NCBI GenBank assembly: GCA_951406725.2
Contig: OX597836.1
Span: 26,784,001 to 26,848,000 of the forward strand
DNA from: Octopus vulgaris
Lineage: Eukaryota
DNA: 64,000 nucleotides
Direction of reading: 5' to 3'
The translations under genes were made by a program, and so were the position numbers. Position 1 is the first letter of the stretch, and every line of letters begins with the position of its first letter. The notes under the pieces are model-generated. The model had not been told where the DNA came from, did no database searches, and saw only the letters and a list, made by a program, of their open reading frames with translations. Positions 38,966 through 54,505 of this stretch are shown here, piece by piece.

Positions 38966-41837
38966 GGTCATATCATATACCCAGGCCTATTACCCTTTAA
39001 GTTTTTAGGAGGGAGTAGCCACAACAAGACAGACCAGACAGTCCAACAAGACACACACCAGGCATTCTATCAATTTACACACCAATCACTCCATTCATTT
39101 CCCAGCTCAGAGAGGTGAGCCCTGTCCTATGCTTGGGTCAAGGCATAGAACCCAGAACCATACAGCTGCGAAACAAATCTCTGACCACATGGCCAAGCCT
39201 GTACCCGCGACCTGCATAAAATACTTAGTTCCCATTTATAACGAGCAATTCTTTCAAAGTGGTGACTAACAGTCAATATGGTTATTTATGATGCATAACT
39301 ACGATCAATTGCTTTCTATCCATGACCATCATGTCTTTTGATATATCGATGACTGCTGTATCCAATGAATCCTTCATGTAAAGAGATACTGAGTAATACG
39401 AGGGCGATCACACTCATTTCTAGCAGGCCAAACAACCACACTGAATGATCTCTCTTTAGTTTCTGCTCTCAGAAGCAGCCAGATAAACTTGCTGCTTTAA
39501 TCTTTCACTGATTTTTAACTCCAATTTATAAACCATATTTACCATGAAAATAATTTTTAAAAATCTTTGTCCTCCACAATTTTTTCCCTTCGTCTGTAAC
39601 TTCTCAGCCTTAGGAGCAATTAGGAAATATTTAAAAATATTTATTCCAAGATTTAATAAAAAAAAAAAAAAAAATTGAATTTTAGACTCTCCTTCATACC
39701 AACACAATACATTGATATTTTTTGTTGATTAATCTAGGATTAAAACGAAGGATATATTTACATTTAATTGGAATATAACACATGCAACAAAAACAACATT
39801 TCGTCAGTCTTTACGTTTTGAGTTCAAATTCCACTAAAGTCCTATTTGCCTTTTATTCTTTCTGGTTCATTGAAATAAGAACCAATTGACTACTGGGGTC
39901 AAATAACTCGACTAGCTCCCTCCTGCAAAATGACAGGCCTTGTGCTTATAATGGAAAAGAATTCTTTTAGGAAGACTGTTAGAGAAAATGTTGCAAGGGA
40001 GATAAACCATCGGTAACCACATAATCAAGGGAGGTAACTAAATAGTATTTTAAAGACAAAAATATGCTTAAACGATTGTCACTGTTTGTCATTTAGTTGC
40101 CCGTCCATTGGAATCGCATATATTCTTTTCTACTCTAGGCACACGACCCAAATTTTTTGGTGAAGTGTCCAGTCGATTAGATCGACCGCAGTACACAATT
40201 GGTATTTAATTTATCGAACCTGAAAGGATGAAAAGCAAAGTCAACCTCGGCAGAATTTGAACTCAGAACGTAATGAAATACCTATTTCTTTACTACCCAC
40301 AAGGGGCTAAACACAGATGGAACAAACAAGAACAGACTGAGGGATTAAGTCGATTACATCGACCCCAGTGTGCAACTGGTACTTATTTAATCGACCTCGA
40401 AAGGATGAAAGGCAAAGTCGACCTCGGAGGAATTTGAACTCAGAACGTAACGGCAGACGAAATACGGCTACGCATTTCGCCCGGCGTGCTAACGATTCTA
40501 CCAGCTCGCCGTCCTTATTGAAATACCACTCATCATTTTGCCCGGCGTGCTAACATTTCTGCCAGCTTGCCGCCTTTGGAATCGCATATATTACCTCAAA
40601 ATAGTTTAGTCTGTTTTTTTTTTTTAGAGTTGAAATACTAGGAACAGGCAAGACTCTGCCACAAAGCAGAGGAACCATGGTGTAACCCACTATGGTGTGG
40701 TAAACTTTCAGACCCTAGTCTAGATTACGAATCCTCTGTAGCCCAGGATGGTTCAGCTCTCCACCTGTTAAAAAAAGCCACTGTTTACGGAATGAGGATA
40801 ACAACGTAGCTTTTGTTCCCGTGCAACTACCAGTCTATCTCATGTGGTGGGTGGATCTTCAAGTTGCCACACGCATTCTTAGTAGCTTAGAGTAGGCTCG
40901 AATTAGAGATTATTCTTTGTGGCTTTTGGCCTGAGTCCTGATTGGAAGAAGAAGAAGACAACGACTGCTGCAATAACGATAACCGAAGCCATTTTATTTG
41001 ATTTCAAAACTTACAACATTATTTCGCAGACTTTCTAGAAATGTCAGACAGGAATGACACTCGAAAGGAATAGTCTGGGCTTCACATGGTGAAGGAAGAA
41101 AGAAAAGAAGAAGAAGAAGAAGAAGAAGGAAGGTGCTTTGATCCTTGGCATTAGAAACGGAACGGATTGGTTGAAATGTGAGAATGGCAGTATTATTTAT
41201 TTTCCGTATAGTAGTAAGATTTGGTCATACAGTAACAGGTCTCGAAGGGATAGAGACAATAACTGTAGAGAATATTGGTGCATTGGAGTCCAGGACAGCA
41301 AGTATCTCGATCTGGGTGACATTTCTTCAAATACAGGGTACACTGGAAAATACATAGAAATATATATATATATACATATATAAATTTATAAAAAAGAAGT
41401 TTGAAAACGTCACTATATTAGATAAATTTTAATTTTCTTAGAGGTTTTACATGTTTTGGTTCTTCTTGAAAAAACGAACCTTATCAAAAATATTTTAAAA
41501 AGTTAAGTGTAATAAAAAAGTTCATAATTGTTTCTTACTAGTCTTATAAATATAAATATATACCCACTCGGATGCCACCTACACTTTTTATAAATATACA
41601 TATATAGATATAGATATATAAAGATATATATGCGTGTGTGTGTATTGTTTTATTCTTGTTTCAGTCATTTGACTGGCCATGCTGGAGCACTGCCTAGAAG
41701 GGTTTTAGTCAAAGAAATTGACCCCAGGACTTATTTTTAAGCCTTGAAATTGGACAAGTGTCTTCTACTACAGCCTCAGGCCGACCAAAGCCTTGTCAGA
41801 AGAATTGGTAGATGGAAACTGAAAGAAGCCCGTCGTA

Positions 41838-41877
<40 letters not shown>

Positions 41878-44800
41878 TAGGAGTGGCTGTGTGGTAAGTA
41901 GCTTGCTTACCAACCACATGGTTCCGGGTTCAGTCTCACTGCGTGGCACCTTGGGCAAGTGTCTTCTACTACAGCCTTGGGCTGACCAAAGCCTTGTGAG
42001 TGGATTTGGTAGACGGAAACTGAAAGAAGCCCGTCGTATATATGTATATATATATATATGTGTGTGTGTTTGTGTGTCTGTGTTTGTCCCCCCAACATCG
42101 CTTGACAACCGATGCTAGTGTGTTTGCGTCCCCGTAACTTAGCAGTTTAGCAAAAGAGTCCGATAGACTAAGTACTAGGCTTACAAAGAATAAGTCCTGG
42201 GGTCGAGTTGCTCGACTAAAGACGGTGCTCCAGCATGGCCACAGTCAAACGACTGAAACAAGTAAAAGAGAGTAAAGAGATTTTAAAACAGGGAGATACT
42301 TTTATTTATACTTACAGAGGGCGGTTCTTTACGTGTTGGAGATAACTTTGGAACAGTCACAATAAATACGTAGCTATGACAGTAGATTAACAAAGAAGAG
42401 GCAAGCAGAAGCCAGAGGAATATTCCGTTGAACACATGCATTTCTGGAAAATAGAAAAGAAAAAAAACAAACAAAATGAAGTGGAATAAAATAAAAAAAA
42501 AGACAATGAAAATATGATTAGTTTTGTTTATTGTAGAGTGGGAGGTAGTTTAGTGGTGAATAGTATTCTTGATGCAGTAGTTGTTGTTGTTGTTTAGGGC
42601 CTGGCTAACAACCCTGATCTTGAAGAACCTCCCTTATTTACTTAAAAAGCATGTTGGTGGCACGTAAAAGGCACCGTGCTGGTGGCACTTAAAAGGCACC
42701 GTACAGGTGGCATGTAAAAAGCACCATTCGAGTGTGATCATTGCCTTATTGGCACATGTGCCGGTGGCAAGCGAAAAACAACATTCAAGCATGGTCGTTG
42801 CCAGTGCCGCCGGAGTGGCTCCCATGCAGGTGGCACGTAAAAACACCTTTTGAGCTTGGGCATTGCCAGTACTGCCTGACTGGCCCTTGTGCTGGTGGCA
42901 CGTAAAAGGCACCATTCAAGCATGATCATTGTCTTACTGGCACATGTGCTGGTGGCAAGTGAAAAACGACATTCAAGCATGGTCGTTGCCAGTGCCGCCA
43001 GAGTGGCTCCCATGCAGGTGGCACATAAAAAACACCTTTTGTGTTTGGTCGTTGCCAGTACTGCCTGACTGGCCCTTGTGCTGGTGGCATGTAAAAGCAC
43101 CTGCTACACTCTCGGAGTGGTTAGCATTAGGAAGAACACCCAGCTGTAGAAACTTTGCCAGATCAGCTTGGAACCTGGTGCAGCCTTCTGGCTCACCAGT
43201 CCTCAGTCAAACTGTCCAACCCATGCCAGCATGGAAAGCGGATGTTAAACGATGATTATGATGATGATATCTTTTATCTTTTACTTGTTTCAGTCATTAG
43301 ACTATGGCCTTGATGGAACACTGCTTTGAAGAACATTTAGTCGAGTGAATTGACCCCAATTTTTATTCTATATATCAGCACCATCCATCCTGCTGTCTCA
43401 CACTCACTCTCTATCTCCTTCTGCGCTTCCCTCAGGTTGGGTAACTATGTATTTCCTTTGCAACAGTGCACCTATTTCTGTCTTCATTCCTCATCTCTCT
43501 TTCCCTCTCTCTCTCTGGCCGGGTAACCTTGTACCTCCTCTAGAGCAACACACCTGTTTCTGTCTCTCTGTCTCACTATAACCTTTCATCATCTGGCCCA
43601 AGATCACCTCCTTCAATGCCCCCTCCCCTCTCAAAAGATTTTTGTCTTGTAAGTTACTTGGTGACCCTGCCAATGCTGCTGCCACATAAAAAGCACCCAG
43701 TCCACACTGTAAAGTGGTTGGCATTTGGAAGGGCATCCAGCTATAAAAACCTTACCAAAACTGACCTCCCCAAAAAGCATTGGTGGCACTTAAGAAGCAC
43801 CGTGCTGGTGGCATGTAAAAAGCACCATTCGAGCGTGATCGTTGCCTTACATTGTAAGGTAGGTGAAAGAGGCCAGATCTGGCCGGTTTGAACTCAAAAC
43901 AAGTCATCACCATAATCGTTTAACGTCTGCTTTCCATCTTGGCATAGGTTGGATGGGTTGACATGGAGCTGGTTAACCAGGGAGCTGTCTAGATTCCAAT
44001 TGTCTGTTGTGGCATGGTTTCTACAGCTGGATGCACTTCCTAATGCCAACCACTTTAGAGAGTGTGCTGGGTGCTTTTTGTATGACACCGGCATGGGTGT
44101 GTTTCTGCGGGACCTGCTTGGGTGCCTTAACGCAGTATCGGCATGGTTGCTTTTGAAGTGGCACTGGCACTTGAAAGGACAAACCTGTATGTATGGAAAG
44201 AGGCGCAATGGCCCAGTGGTTAGGGCAGCGGACTCGCGGTCATAGGATCGCGGTTTCGATTCCCAGACCGGGCGTTGTGAGTGTTTATTGAGCGAAAACA
44301 CCTAAAAGCTCTACGAGGCTCTGGCAGGGGATGGTGGTGATCCCTGCTGTACTCTTTCACCACAACTTTCTCTCACTCTTACTTCCTGTTTCTGTTGTAC
44401 CTGTATTTCAAGGGGCCGGCCTTGTCACTCTCTGTGTCACGCTGAATATCCGCGAGAACTACGTTAAGGGTGCACGTGTCTGTGGAGTGCTCAGCCACTT
44501 ACACGTTAATTTCACGAGCAGGCTGTTCCGTTGAATCGGATCAACCGGAACCCTCATCGTCGTAACCGACGGAGTGCTTCCATGTATGGAAAACAGTGAT
44601 TTTACTTGGCTTGAATCTTTAATATTTAGTCTGGATGTGGATAGTTTAAATGCTAAAGGGTTAATACAAAAAACCAGAGTCAACACTGGGAAGTGATATT
44701 AAACTGACTACTTTTAACAGTACATGAAAAAACAAAAGAAGGAACAGATCTTGTTGGACATACAGTGATACCTCACAGTACGAGTTTAATTCATTCCATG

Positions 44801-45745
44801 ACCAAACTTGTCTTATGATTTGCTTGTTTCACAAATCAATTTTCCCCATTGAAATTAACTTAAATATAATTAATCCATTCCAGTCCCTAAAAACCACCCA
44901 AAAATAACTTTTTATGGGTTTTAAAACAGAAAAGGTGTTGTTACAAGTAAAATGATGATTATAAAAAGGAGAATGCAAAAGAAATATGTAAACTGGTTTT
45001 CTTAACTGAATTATTTTAAAGATGGGATGATTTGTGTGGATTTCCACCCATACTTCAGATTTCCACTTGTACTTTGACAAAAATTCACACAGGTTTTGGC
45101 TCCAACAGCAAATTACTTATACAATGGTGCACTTGTACTGTGAGGTTCTACTATATGTGCAAGAGTGTAACAGTCATTGGAGGATACAAAGGTTTTTTTT
45201 TTATTTAGAAAGAAACCATGTTGAGATAATAGGAGAAAGAGAAGCATAGAGGAGACTAAACCATGAGATCCAAATGTGTTTTGGATTGAATTGGAGTATA
45301 AGAAAATAAAGGTAAGGGAACAGAAAAAAAAGTTAAGGGGACAGAATTAAAAAAATATATTTTACGGATTTTTAGGTGTAAAAAAAATAAAGGGGTCACA
45401 TTGTGTGTGTGTGTATCCATCTTCTCACCCCACCCCACTTTTCATTTGCATGTAGCTATTATTGGACTTGCGGTCATGGAATCGGGGTTTCGATTCCCAG
45501 ACCGGGCATTGTGAGTGTTTATTGAGCAAAAACACTTAAAACTCCACGAGGCTCTGGCAGGGAGTGGTGGCGAACCCTGCGGTACTCTTTCACCACAACT
45601 TTCTCTCACTCTTTCTTTTTGTTTCTGTTGCACCTGTATTTCAAAAGGGCCGGCCTTGTCGTACTCTGCTCCAATGATCGGATCAACTGGAACCCTCATT
45701 GTCGTAACCAATAGAATGCCACGACGATATACATACACACATACT

Positions 45746-45800
<55 letters not shown>

Positions 45801-46874
45801 GCACATATATATATATATTTCATCATCATTTAGCATCCGCTTTCCATGCTAGCATGGGTTGGACAGTTCAGCTGGGGTCTGGGAAGCCAGAAGGCTGCAC
45901 CAGGCCCAGTCTGATCTCGCAATGTTTCTACGGCTGGATGCCCTTCCTAACGCCAACCACTCCGTGAGTGTAGTGGGTGCTTTTTATGTGCCACCAGCAC
46001 AGGTGCCAGACAGGGCTGGTAAACAGCCACGGTCGGGTGGTGCTTTACACATGCACATATATATATATATAAGTTTCATTAAATACATGACTATGTTTAA
46101 GTTTTATCCATTATTTTTTAGATTTCTTCATAATTTCTTATTAGCTTCACAATTACCTTGAAACTATTGAGTTCTTAAATCCACATCCGATATTTGCAGA
46201 CCATCACAGTCCCATTATCAAGAACTGAATTGAATCTCTTTGGCATTTGTATTATATTCTATATGCTAGTTGAATTCATGTAGACTTTTCTGGCAAAACT
46301 TTTTTTTTTAGCTGTTAGCATCATACATGAGTAGCCACATGTTGATTTGCTTGCCTCAGTCAAATTTTGACCCTTAGAACTTTTATTTTTTATGTCCATA
46401 ACCATGTGTTAATTTTATGATGTCTTTTACTCTTTTACTTGTTTCAGTCATATGACTGTGGCCATGCTGGAGCATCACCTTTAGTCGAGCAAATCGACCC
46501 CAGGACTTATTGTTTGTAAGCCCAGTACTTATTCTATCGGTCTCTTTTGCTGAACTGCTAAGTTACGGGGACGTAAACACACCAGCATCGGTTGTCAAGT
46601 GATGTTGGGGGGGGGGACAAACACAGACACACAAACATACATACACACTTACATATATATATATATATACATATATACGATGGGCTTCTTTCAGTTTCCG
46701 TCTACCAAATCCACTCACAAGGCTTTGGTCGGCCCGAGGCTATAGTAGAAGACACTTGCCCAAAGTGCCACACAGTGGGACTGAACCCAGAACCATGTGG
46801 CTCGAAAGCAAGCTACTTACCACACAGCCATGTTTTTATGTTAACTTAAGGATAGTTTCCACAAATTTTATCTC

Positions 46875-47400
46875 TCTTCTAGAAGTTACCCCATTTTCGA
46901 TGAAGTACCTCAACTCCAAATGTTACCCTCACCCTAAAAGTTGCTTCAACTGTAGTAGTTATTTTGAAAGTAAAAGCTACCTGTAATCCTGAAGTTACCT
47001 TTGATCTAGAAGTTGCCTCATATCAAGCAGTTATTTTACCCTAAAAAGATGCCATGATGCTAGAAATTAACTCAGATCTAGAAGTCACCTCTACTCTTAA
47101 ACCTGCTTGTGTTCCAGCAGTTGTATGAAGCTCAGAAGTTGCTTGAAATCTAGTAATTGCTTCAAGTTTTGAAGTTGCTTTAAATCTAGTAGTTGCCTTA
47201 AATTTTGAAGTTGCTTCAAATTTAGTAATTGCTTCATGTTTGGAAGTTGCTTCAAATACAGCAGCTACTTTAACTCTAGCAGTTGCATCAAGTCTAAAAG
47301 TTGCTTTAAATCTAACAATTGCCTCAAATCTTGATGCTATTGTAAATTTAACAGTTGCCTCAAGTCTAGAAACTGCTTCAAATTTAGTCTAGAAGTTGCT
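46875..47400. repeat. Degenerate 18-bp minisatellite (CTAGAAGTTGCTTCAAAT)
   Basis: Periodicity seen directly. Confidence 0.8.
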
Positions 47401-47894
47401 TGGAGTCTATAAGATGCTGTTGGAGCAGACCTGAAGAACTTGTCTTTATGTCATATAATTTGGGGAAATTCAGTGTGTCAGGGGGTCACCTGTCTTTCTC
47501 TCAGCTACAGACTCCCAGCAAAGGATACAGGCCACCAAATCTTCCCCACACCAATATGTTTGTTACGAGAGTGAAGGTCACAAATGGTGAACTCTAACGC
47601 TATTATTGTACACCATGAGGAACTTGGGATAAAGCGTGACATCCAGTGTGGCGCTTTACCATTTGTGCCGCACTAACAGTTAAATAACAACGTGCAACCA
47701 GATTGTTGGTCGTTACTAGAATTATTAAAAGCGTGGCTGTGTGGTAAGTAGCTTGCTTACCAACCACATGGTTCCGGGTTCAGTCCCACTGCGTGGCACC
47801 TTGGGCAAGTGTCTTCTACTATAGCCTCGGGCCGACCAAAGCCTTGTGAGTGGATTTGGTAGACGGAAACTGAAAGAAGCCCGTCGTATATATG

Positions 47895-47933
<39 letters not shown>

Positions 47934-49559
47934 ATGTTTGTGTGTCTGTGTTTGTCCCCCTAGCATTGCTTGACAACTGATGCTGATGTGTTTATGTCCC
48001 CGTCACTTAGCGGTTCGGCAAAAGAGATCGATAGAATAAGTACTGGGCTTACAAAGAATAAGTCCCGGGGTCGAGTTGCTCGACTAAAGGCGGTGCTCCA
48101 GCATGGCCGCAGTCAAATGACTGAAACAAGTAAAAGATAAAAAACGATAAATAATGAAGAAAAACGCCACCACCACTGCCACCGCCACAACCACCACCAC
48201 TATCACTGCTACTATTATTGCCACTACTAAAACCCACCACTACCACCACTGCTGCCACCGCCACCACCACCACCACTACTGCCACAACTTCTACAACAAT
48301 CATCACCATAATCACCACTATCATCACTACAACCATGACCACCACCACCACCACTATCACTCTTGCAACTACCTCCACTACCAGCACCAGTACTGTCACT
48401 ACTCCCACTACCACCACCACTGTCATCACCATTTCCACTTTCACTATCACAATGATTTCAACCACCACCACCACCACCAGACACTCTCATAACAACAACA
48501 ACAACATCAACAATAATGCCAGTTACTGTTACTAATACTATCATTGAGGTTATCTTGCTAGAAATAGCAGCCATATGTTCTTCATATCAAATCTTACTGT
48601 CTTAGAAAAATGCGAATCAATGGCAAAAAAAAAAGTAAAGACTGGATAGTCACATCTGGAATGGTTTGATCTGAAAGGGCTGACCTTGTGTTAAGCTACA
48701 ACAGGAGCACTACCACCACCACCAACACTATCATCACCACCAGTATCATTGAAACCACTAGAAAGACACTACCACAACAACAGTGGCAAATATCACCACC
48801 ACCACCACCACCATCACAACAACAGCAACAACAACTACAAAACTACTACTACCACCACTACTACCACAACAACAGCCACTAAAAAGCTCCACTAACACCA
48901 CATCAACCACCACCACAACAACAACAATAGCTACCACCACCACCACCACCACCACCACTACAGTGACACTAACTCCACTTTTGAAAAAAATAGAAATTGA
49001 AAAATATTCCTTTTTTTTTTTTTTCTTGTTAAACTTCAATAAAACACAATAATGACAAAAATATATTGGAGGAAAAAAATTCTTTACCTTAATTCTCTTG
49101 GAATGATTGGAACCAATTCTCTGAATAAACTGTTGGAAATTCCACAACTATTTTCTTCACCCAATAATAGTATCTCCTCTGTCTGTCTCTCTTTCTCTCT
49201 GTCTGTCTGTCTGTCACTCTAGCTCTCTCTCTGTCTGAAACTCTCTACCTATCTATCTTCACAGTTATATGACAATAATATCTTTCCCCCTTCTCTCTCT
49301 CTTTCTCTCTCTCTGCCACTTTCTCTGTGTCCTTCTGTCCTTTTTCTCTTCTTACTTCACAATGTGCAACAGTTAATACCTCTCCTTGTCTCTCTGTCTG
49401 TCTGTCTGTCTCTCTTCACACCGTCGTATTTAAGACCTCACAGATCTTCATCAACCTATATAAACACAACTTTAGATTTTTGACGTCACTGCAAGGTAAC
49501 CCACTCTTTTCAATGCTCAACTTCACACAACGTAAACCCCACTCTCTAGACCCCTCACC

Positions 49560-50450
49560 ACTCTATATATCCAGCTGTTTATTATGTCCACCACGCATTT
49601 TTACTCCCATTCTCTACACACACCCTAAATTAAAGTTCACTGCACTTTATATACCCCCAACTTTTTTTTTATTCCACTGCACTAAATACCCTTGGTCTCT
49701 TAACTAAACTGCACTAAATACCCTTAAATTTTAAAATTTATTACATTATGTACTCCTACTCTCTTAATTTCATTGCACTACATACCCTTAATTTCTTAGC
49801 AACATTGCATTATATACCCTAAGTATTTTAATATTACCACACTATATACACCCACTCACTTAATTTAACTGCATTATATATCTTTTTATACCCACAGTCT
49901 TTTAATTTCATCACACTGTATACACTCCACTTTACTTTCACTGCATTATACATACACTCTTCTAACTTCATTATACACCCTGCATTTTAATTGCATTATA
50001 CATCCCCAGTTTCTTGAATTCAGTGTATTATATAATATACTTGAATTTTCTTAACTTCATTCCATATACACCCTCACTGTCTTTTCTTCACTATGACACT
50101 GTGTATATACCTCACTCTTTCAATGTCAACACTTTGTACCCTGTGGGCCCTACATTTACCCAATATATACCCTGTACTCTCAAAATTTACCCTCACTCTT
50201 TACTCTGTGCTCCCTACAATAACCCTCACCCTAGACCTTATACTCTCTCCATTTACTCTCACTCTTTGCCCTGTGCTCCCTACATTTACCCTCATCCTAT
50301 ACCCTGTACTCTCTTCATTTACCCTCACTCTATACCCTCTTCTACCTACATTTACCTTCACCCTATGCCCTATACCCTGTACCCTCATAATTTACCCTTA
50401 CCCTATACTCTGTACGCTCTTCATTTCCCCTTACCTGACACCCTGAACCC
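49560..50450. repeat. Degenerate ~30-bp tandem repeats
   Basis: Recurring ttaatttcactgcattatatac and catttaccctcactctataccctgtact units. Confidence 0.7.
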
Positions 50451-50648
50451 TTTTCATTTACTCATGCGCTATATCAGACATGGGGAAACCTTTTCCAAGA
50501 AGCAGGCCACCCTGTACATGGCACATCAGCAGATGGGCCTCATTACTAAAAAAAACAATTAAGGGTACCATTCAATAAGTCCCAAGTGTTGCAGTTTGCC
50601 CAAGACTGTTCTATACCTTGTATCCCTTTGTTAACCCACACTTTACAC

Positions 50649-50854
50649 CAGCAGTTCTTAAACGTGGGTCAAGGGCTGCACATGGCCCTCAATCACCCTT
50701 CTGGCAGCCCTCGACAGGCTTCCCTCCAGAAATATAATAAATATAATAAATATAATAAAATGATTTGTGTTTTAATTTTATTTTTGGTGTGGCCTCCAAT
50801 AATAATCCAGGTTTTAGATCTGACCCGGGTACTTCGAAAGGTTGAGAAACACAG
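50649..50854. mobile_element. Possible hAT-type MITE
   Basis: CAGCAGTTCTTAAAC...GTTGAGAAACACAG imperfect TIR; TSD degenerate. Confidence 0.45.
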
Positions 50855-51026
50855 CTCTGTACCCTGTACCCTCTTCATTTAGCCACACCGTACCCAGTAA
50901 TTAAATTTCTTTTCTTAAACTGTCTTCACTTCTTCAAATAAGAATTATTAAGATTCCTTTGTTTGTTTGTTTTTGCTTTCTGCCTTCAGTTCTCTTCTTC
51001 TTCTTCTTTTCTTGTCTTTCATTCTC

Positions 51027-51650
<624 letters not shown>

Positions 51651-52160
51651 CATCAAATCTCCTTTCTCAACAAACCCCCTTTTCCAATGTTATACAGTTG
51701 CTGTTGTTGTTGTTGTTGTTGATTCTTCCCCCCCTCCCCCGCCCCACTGGTCACAATGGAAATGTCCACACAACAACTGCCGACACACACACACACACAC
51801 ACACACACATCAAAGATAAGGAATATACTGACCAGTAAGGTGGATGAAAGGATGGCAAACATCAATGGACACAAACCTTCTTGGCGATCCAACACTCAGA
51901 GTTGTGTGTATGCATGTGTGTGCGTGTTTGTGTGTGTGTGCATGTGTGTGTGTCTATGTATGTATGTGTGTATCTATGTATGTGTGCATGTATGTATGTA
52001 TGACTGCATGTATGTATGTATGTATGTATGTATGTATGTATGTATGTATGTGTCTATGTATGTATGTGTGCTTGTGTATACATGTATGTAGGTATGTATG
52101 TGTCTATGAATGTGTTTATGTATGTGTGTGTGTGTGTCTATGTGCATTTAATTGTATGAA

Positions 52161-52218
<58 letters not shown>

Positions 52219-52222
<4 letters not shown>

Positions 52223-53429
52223 GGATGTTCAATAAGTAATGCTCCTGACCCACTTGCAGTTATTTGATCTGATTTACAGGTGTTTGAACTGAGTCAAGTA
52301 TGAAATGGACCCTGTTGTGTGTCGAGCAGTGATCCGGTTTTTGTATTTGAAAGGACGCACACCACAGAAGACTTTTGATGAAATGAAAGTAACTTATGGT
52401 GATGATGCCCCATCATATGACCTTGTAAAACGCTGGCATCGTGAACTTAAACATGGTCGGAACTCCATGGAAACAGCTCCCAGATCTGGTCACACCCCTT
52501 CTGCCATTGATGAGGCATCTGTCCGTCAAGTTGAGGCTGCCATTTTGGAAGATTGACACATAACTATTCGCCAAATAGCCCATGAGGTCAAGATTGTACC
52601 GGGTCTGTGGAAACTATCATTCATGAACATTTGCATATGCAAAAGGTGTCTGCAAGATAGATTCCCAGGTTGCTCACGCCTTTCCAGAAGCAAGAACGCG
52701 TCGAATGCTCGAGGATGAATTTGGAGATGTGCCAAGAAGATGAGTCAAAATTTTTCAAAAGACTGATTACACAGGATGAAACCTGGGTCCATCACTATGA
52801 TCCAGAGACCAAAGCCCAGTCAATGCAGTGGAAGCACTGTGATTCACCTCCTCCAAAGAAGGTAAGGGTGCAGCTCTTCACTGGCAAGGTCATGCTCACA
52901 GTCTTCTGGGACCAGGACGGAGTAGTGATGACAGATTTCCTGGCAAAGGGTACCACAATTACAGGAGCCTATTATGCTTCACTTTTGAGGAATTTAAAAG
53001 AAGCTATCAAAATCAAGAGGCGGGGCAAGATCAGCAAAAGCATCTTCCTCCTGCAGGACAATGCTCCGGTCCCCAACTCGCTTGTCGCCAGATCAGAAGC
53101 ACAGGCGTGCGGCTATGATGTCCACCTCCATCCCCTCTACTCTCTTGACCTTGCACCCTCTGATGTTCACCTCTTCCCAGCCATGAAGTTGTTTTTGAAA
53201 GGAAAGCGTTTCCCAGATGATGCAGCCTTGATTTCTGAAGTCACGTCGTGGTTGGAGGACCAAGCTGGGGTCTTCTACAAAAACGGTCTCCAGAGCTGCA
53301 TCAAACGATGGGACAAATGCGTAACCCTGGATAGTTCCCATGTAGAAAAAGACTAATAACTGTGCCAGGTTTCCTTGCTCTACTGCTATGGAAAGTGGGT
53401 CAGGGGCATTACTTATTGAACGCCCCTCG
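52219..53429 (+). mobile_element. Near full-length mariner (DD34D) element, 1211 bp
   Basis: TA TSD; ~37-bp TIRs (TGAGGGATGTTCAATAAGTAATGCTCCTGACCCACTT versus the reverse complement CGAGGGGCGTTCAATAAGTAATGCCCCTGACCCACTT). Confidence 0.95.
52305..53356 (+). pseudogene. Mariner transposase pseudogene (premature TGA at 52554 plus a frameshift near 52600)
   Basis: HTH N-terminus, TQDETW, LQDNAP, YSLDLAPSD. Confidence 0.92.
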
Positions 53430-54314
53430 TATATATGCTTACGTATAAATATATGTATACGTATGTAGGGTTGTATTTTTACATACACACTTGCATACAC
53501 ACATACACACATACACAAAGCATACATGCACTCACACATACATAGATACATACATACACACATACACACAAGCGTACATGCATACATACACCCACATATA
53601 TATATTTATAAATACATATAGGTACAGATACAAATATATAAATATATACATGTATAAAATTATTTCTTATACACACACAAACACACACACGCATATTCTT
53701 TTACTTGTTTCAGTCATTTGATTGTGGCCATGCTGGAGCACCACTTTTACTTGAGTAAATCGACCCCAGGACTTATTCTTTGTAAGCCTAGTATTATTCT
53801 ATCGGTCTCTTTTGCCGAATCACTAGGTTACGGGGATGTAAACACACCAGCATCGGTTGTCAAGCAATGTTGGGATGACAAACACAAACACACAAACATG
53901 TACACACACATACATATGTATGTACTTATATGTGTGTGTGTATATGTTTGTGTGTATGTTTGTGTGTTGTGGTGGCATGTATAAAGCACCCACTACACTC
54001 CTGGAGTGGTTGGTGTTAGGAAAGGCATCCAGCCATAGAAACCTTGCCAAATTAGACTGGAACCTGGTGCAGTTCCCTGGTTTAACAGTTTTCAATCAGA
54101 CCATCCAACCTATGCCAACATGGAAAGCAGACACTAAATGATAATGATGATGGAGATGAATTGAACTGTTTTTATTAAAAATCACTACAGTTGTTTCAGT
54201 ACATAATTATCAGGTGTTAATTGCTGAGTGTGACACAAATTATGTCCATAGTGCATTAATATTTCATATAATTATTACACATTATTATCCAAATTATATA
54301 TATATATATATATA

Positions 54315-54505
54315 TAGGGAGAGTTTACGAAAAAAACAAAAGACGAAGACAGGTGGTGTACAAAACAAACAGATGTATTAGCATAACGCTCAGGAATAGA
54401 AAAAGTCTTTTATGTTTCGAGCCTATGCTCTTCTACAGAAAGGGACACAGAAAAAACAAGGAGAGAAAAAAATGTGTGTAGTGGCTAACGATCTATCATG
54501 GCGAC
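54315..54505. mobile_element. Penelope-like terminal repeat family. Related copies at ~56520-56635, 57113-57228, 61156-61252, 61715-61872
   Basis: Repeated unit embedded in (TA)n, with GAAGAGC-loop-GCTCGAAA. Penelope assignment is inferred. Confidence 0.45.
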
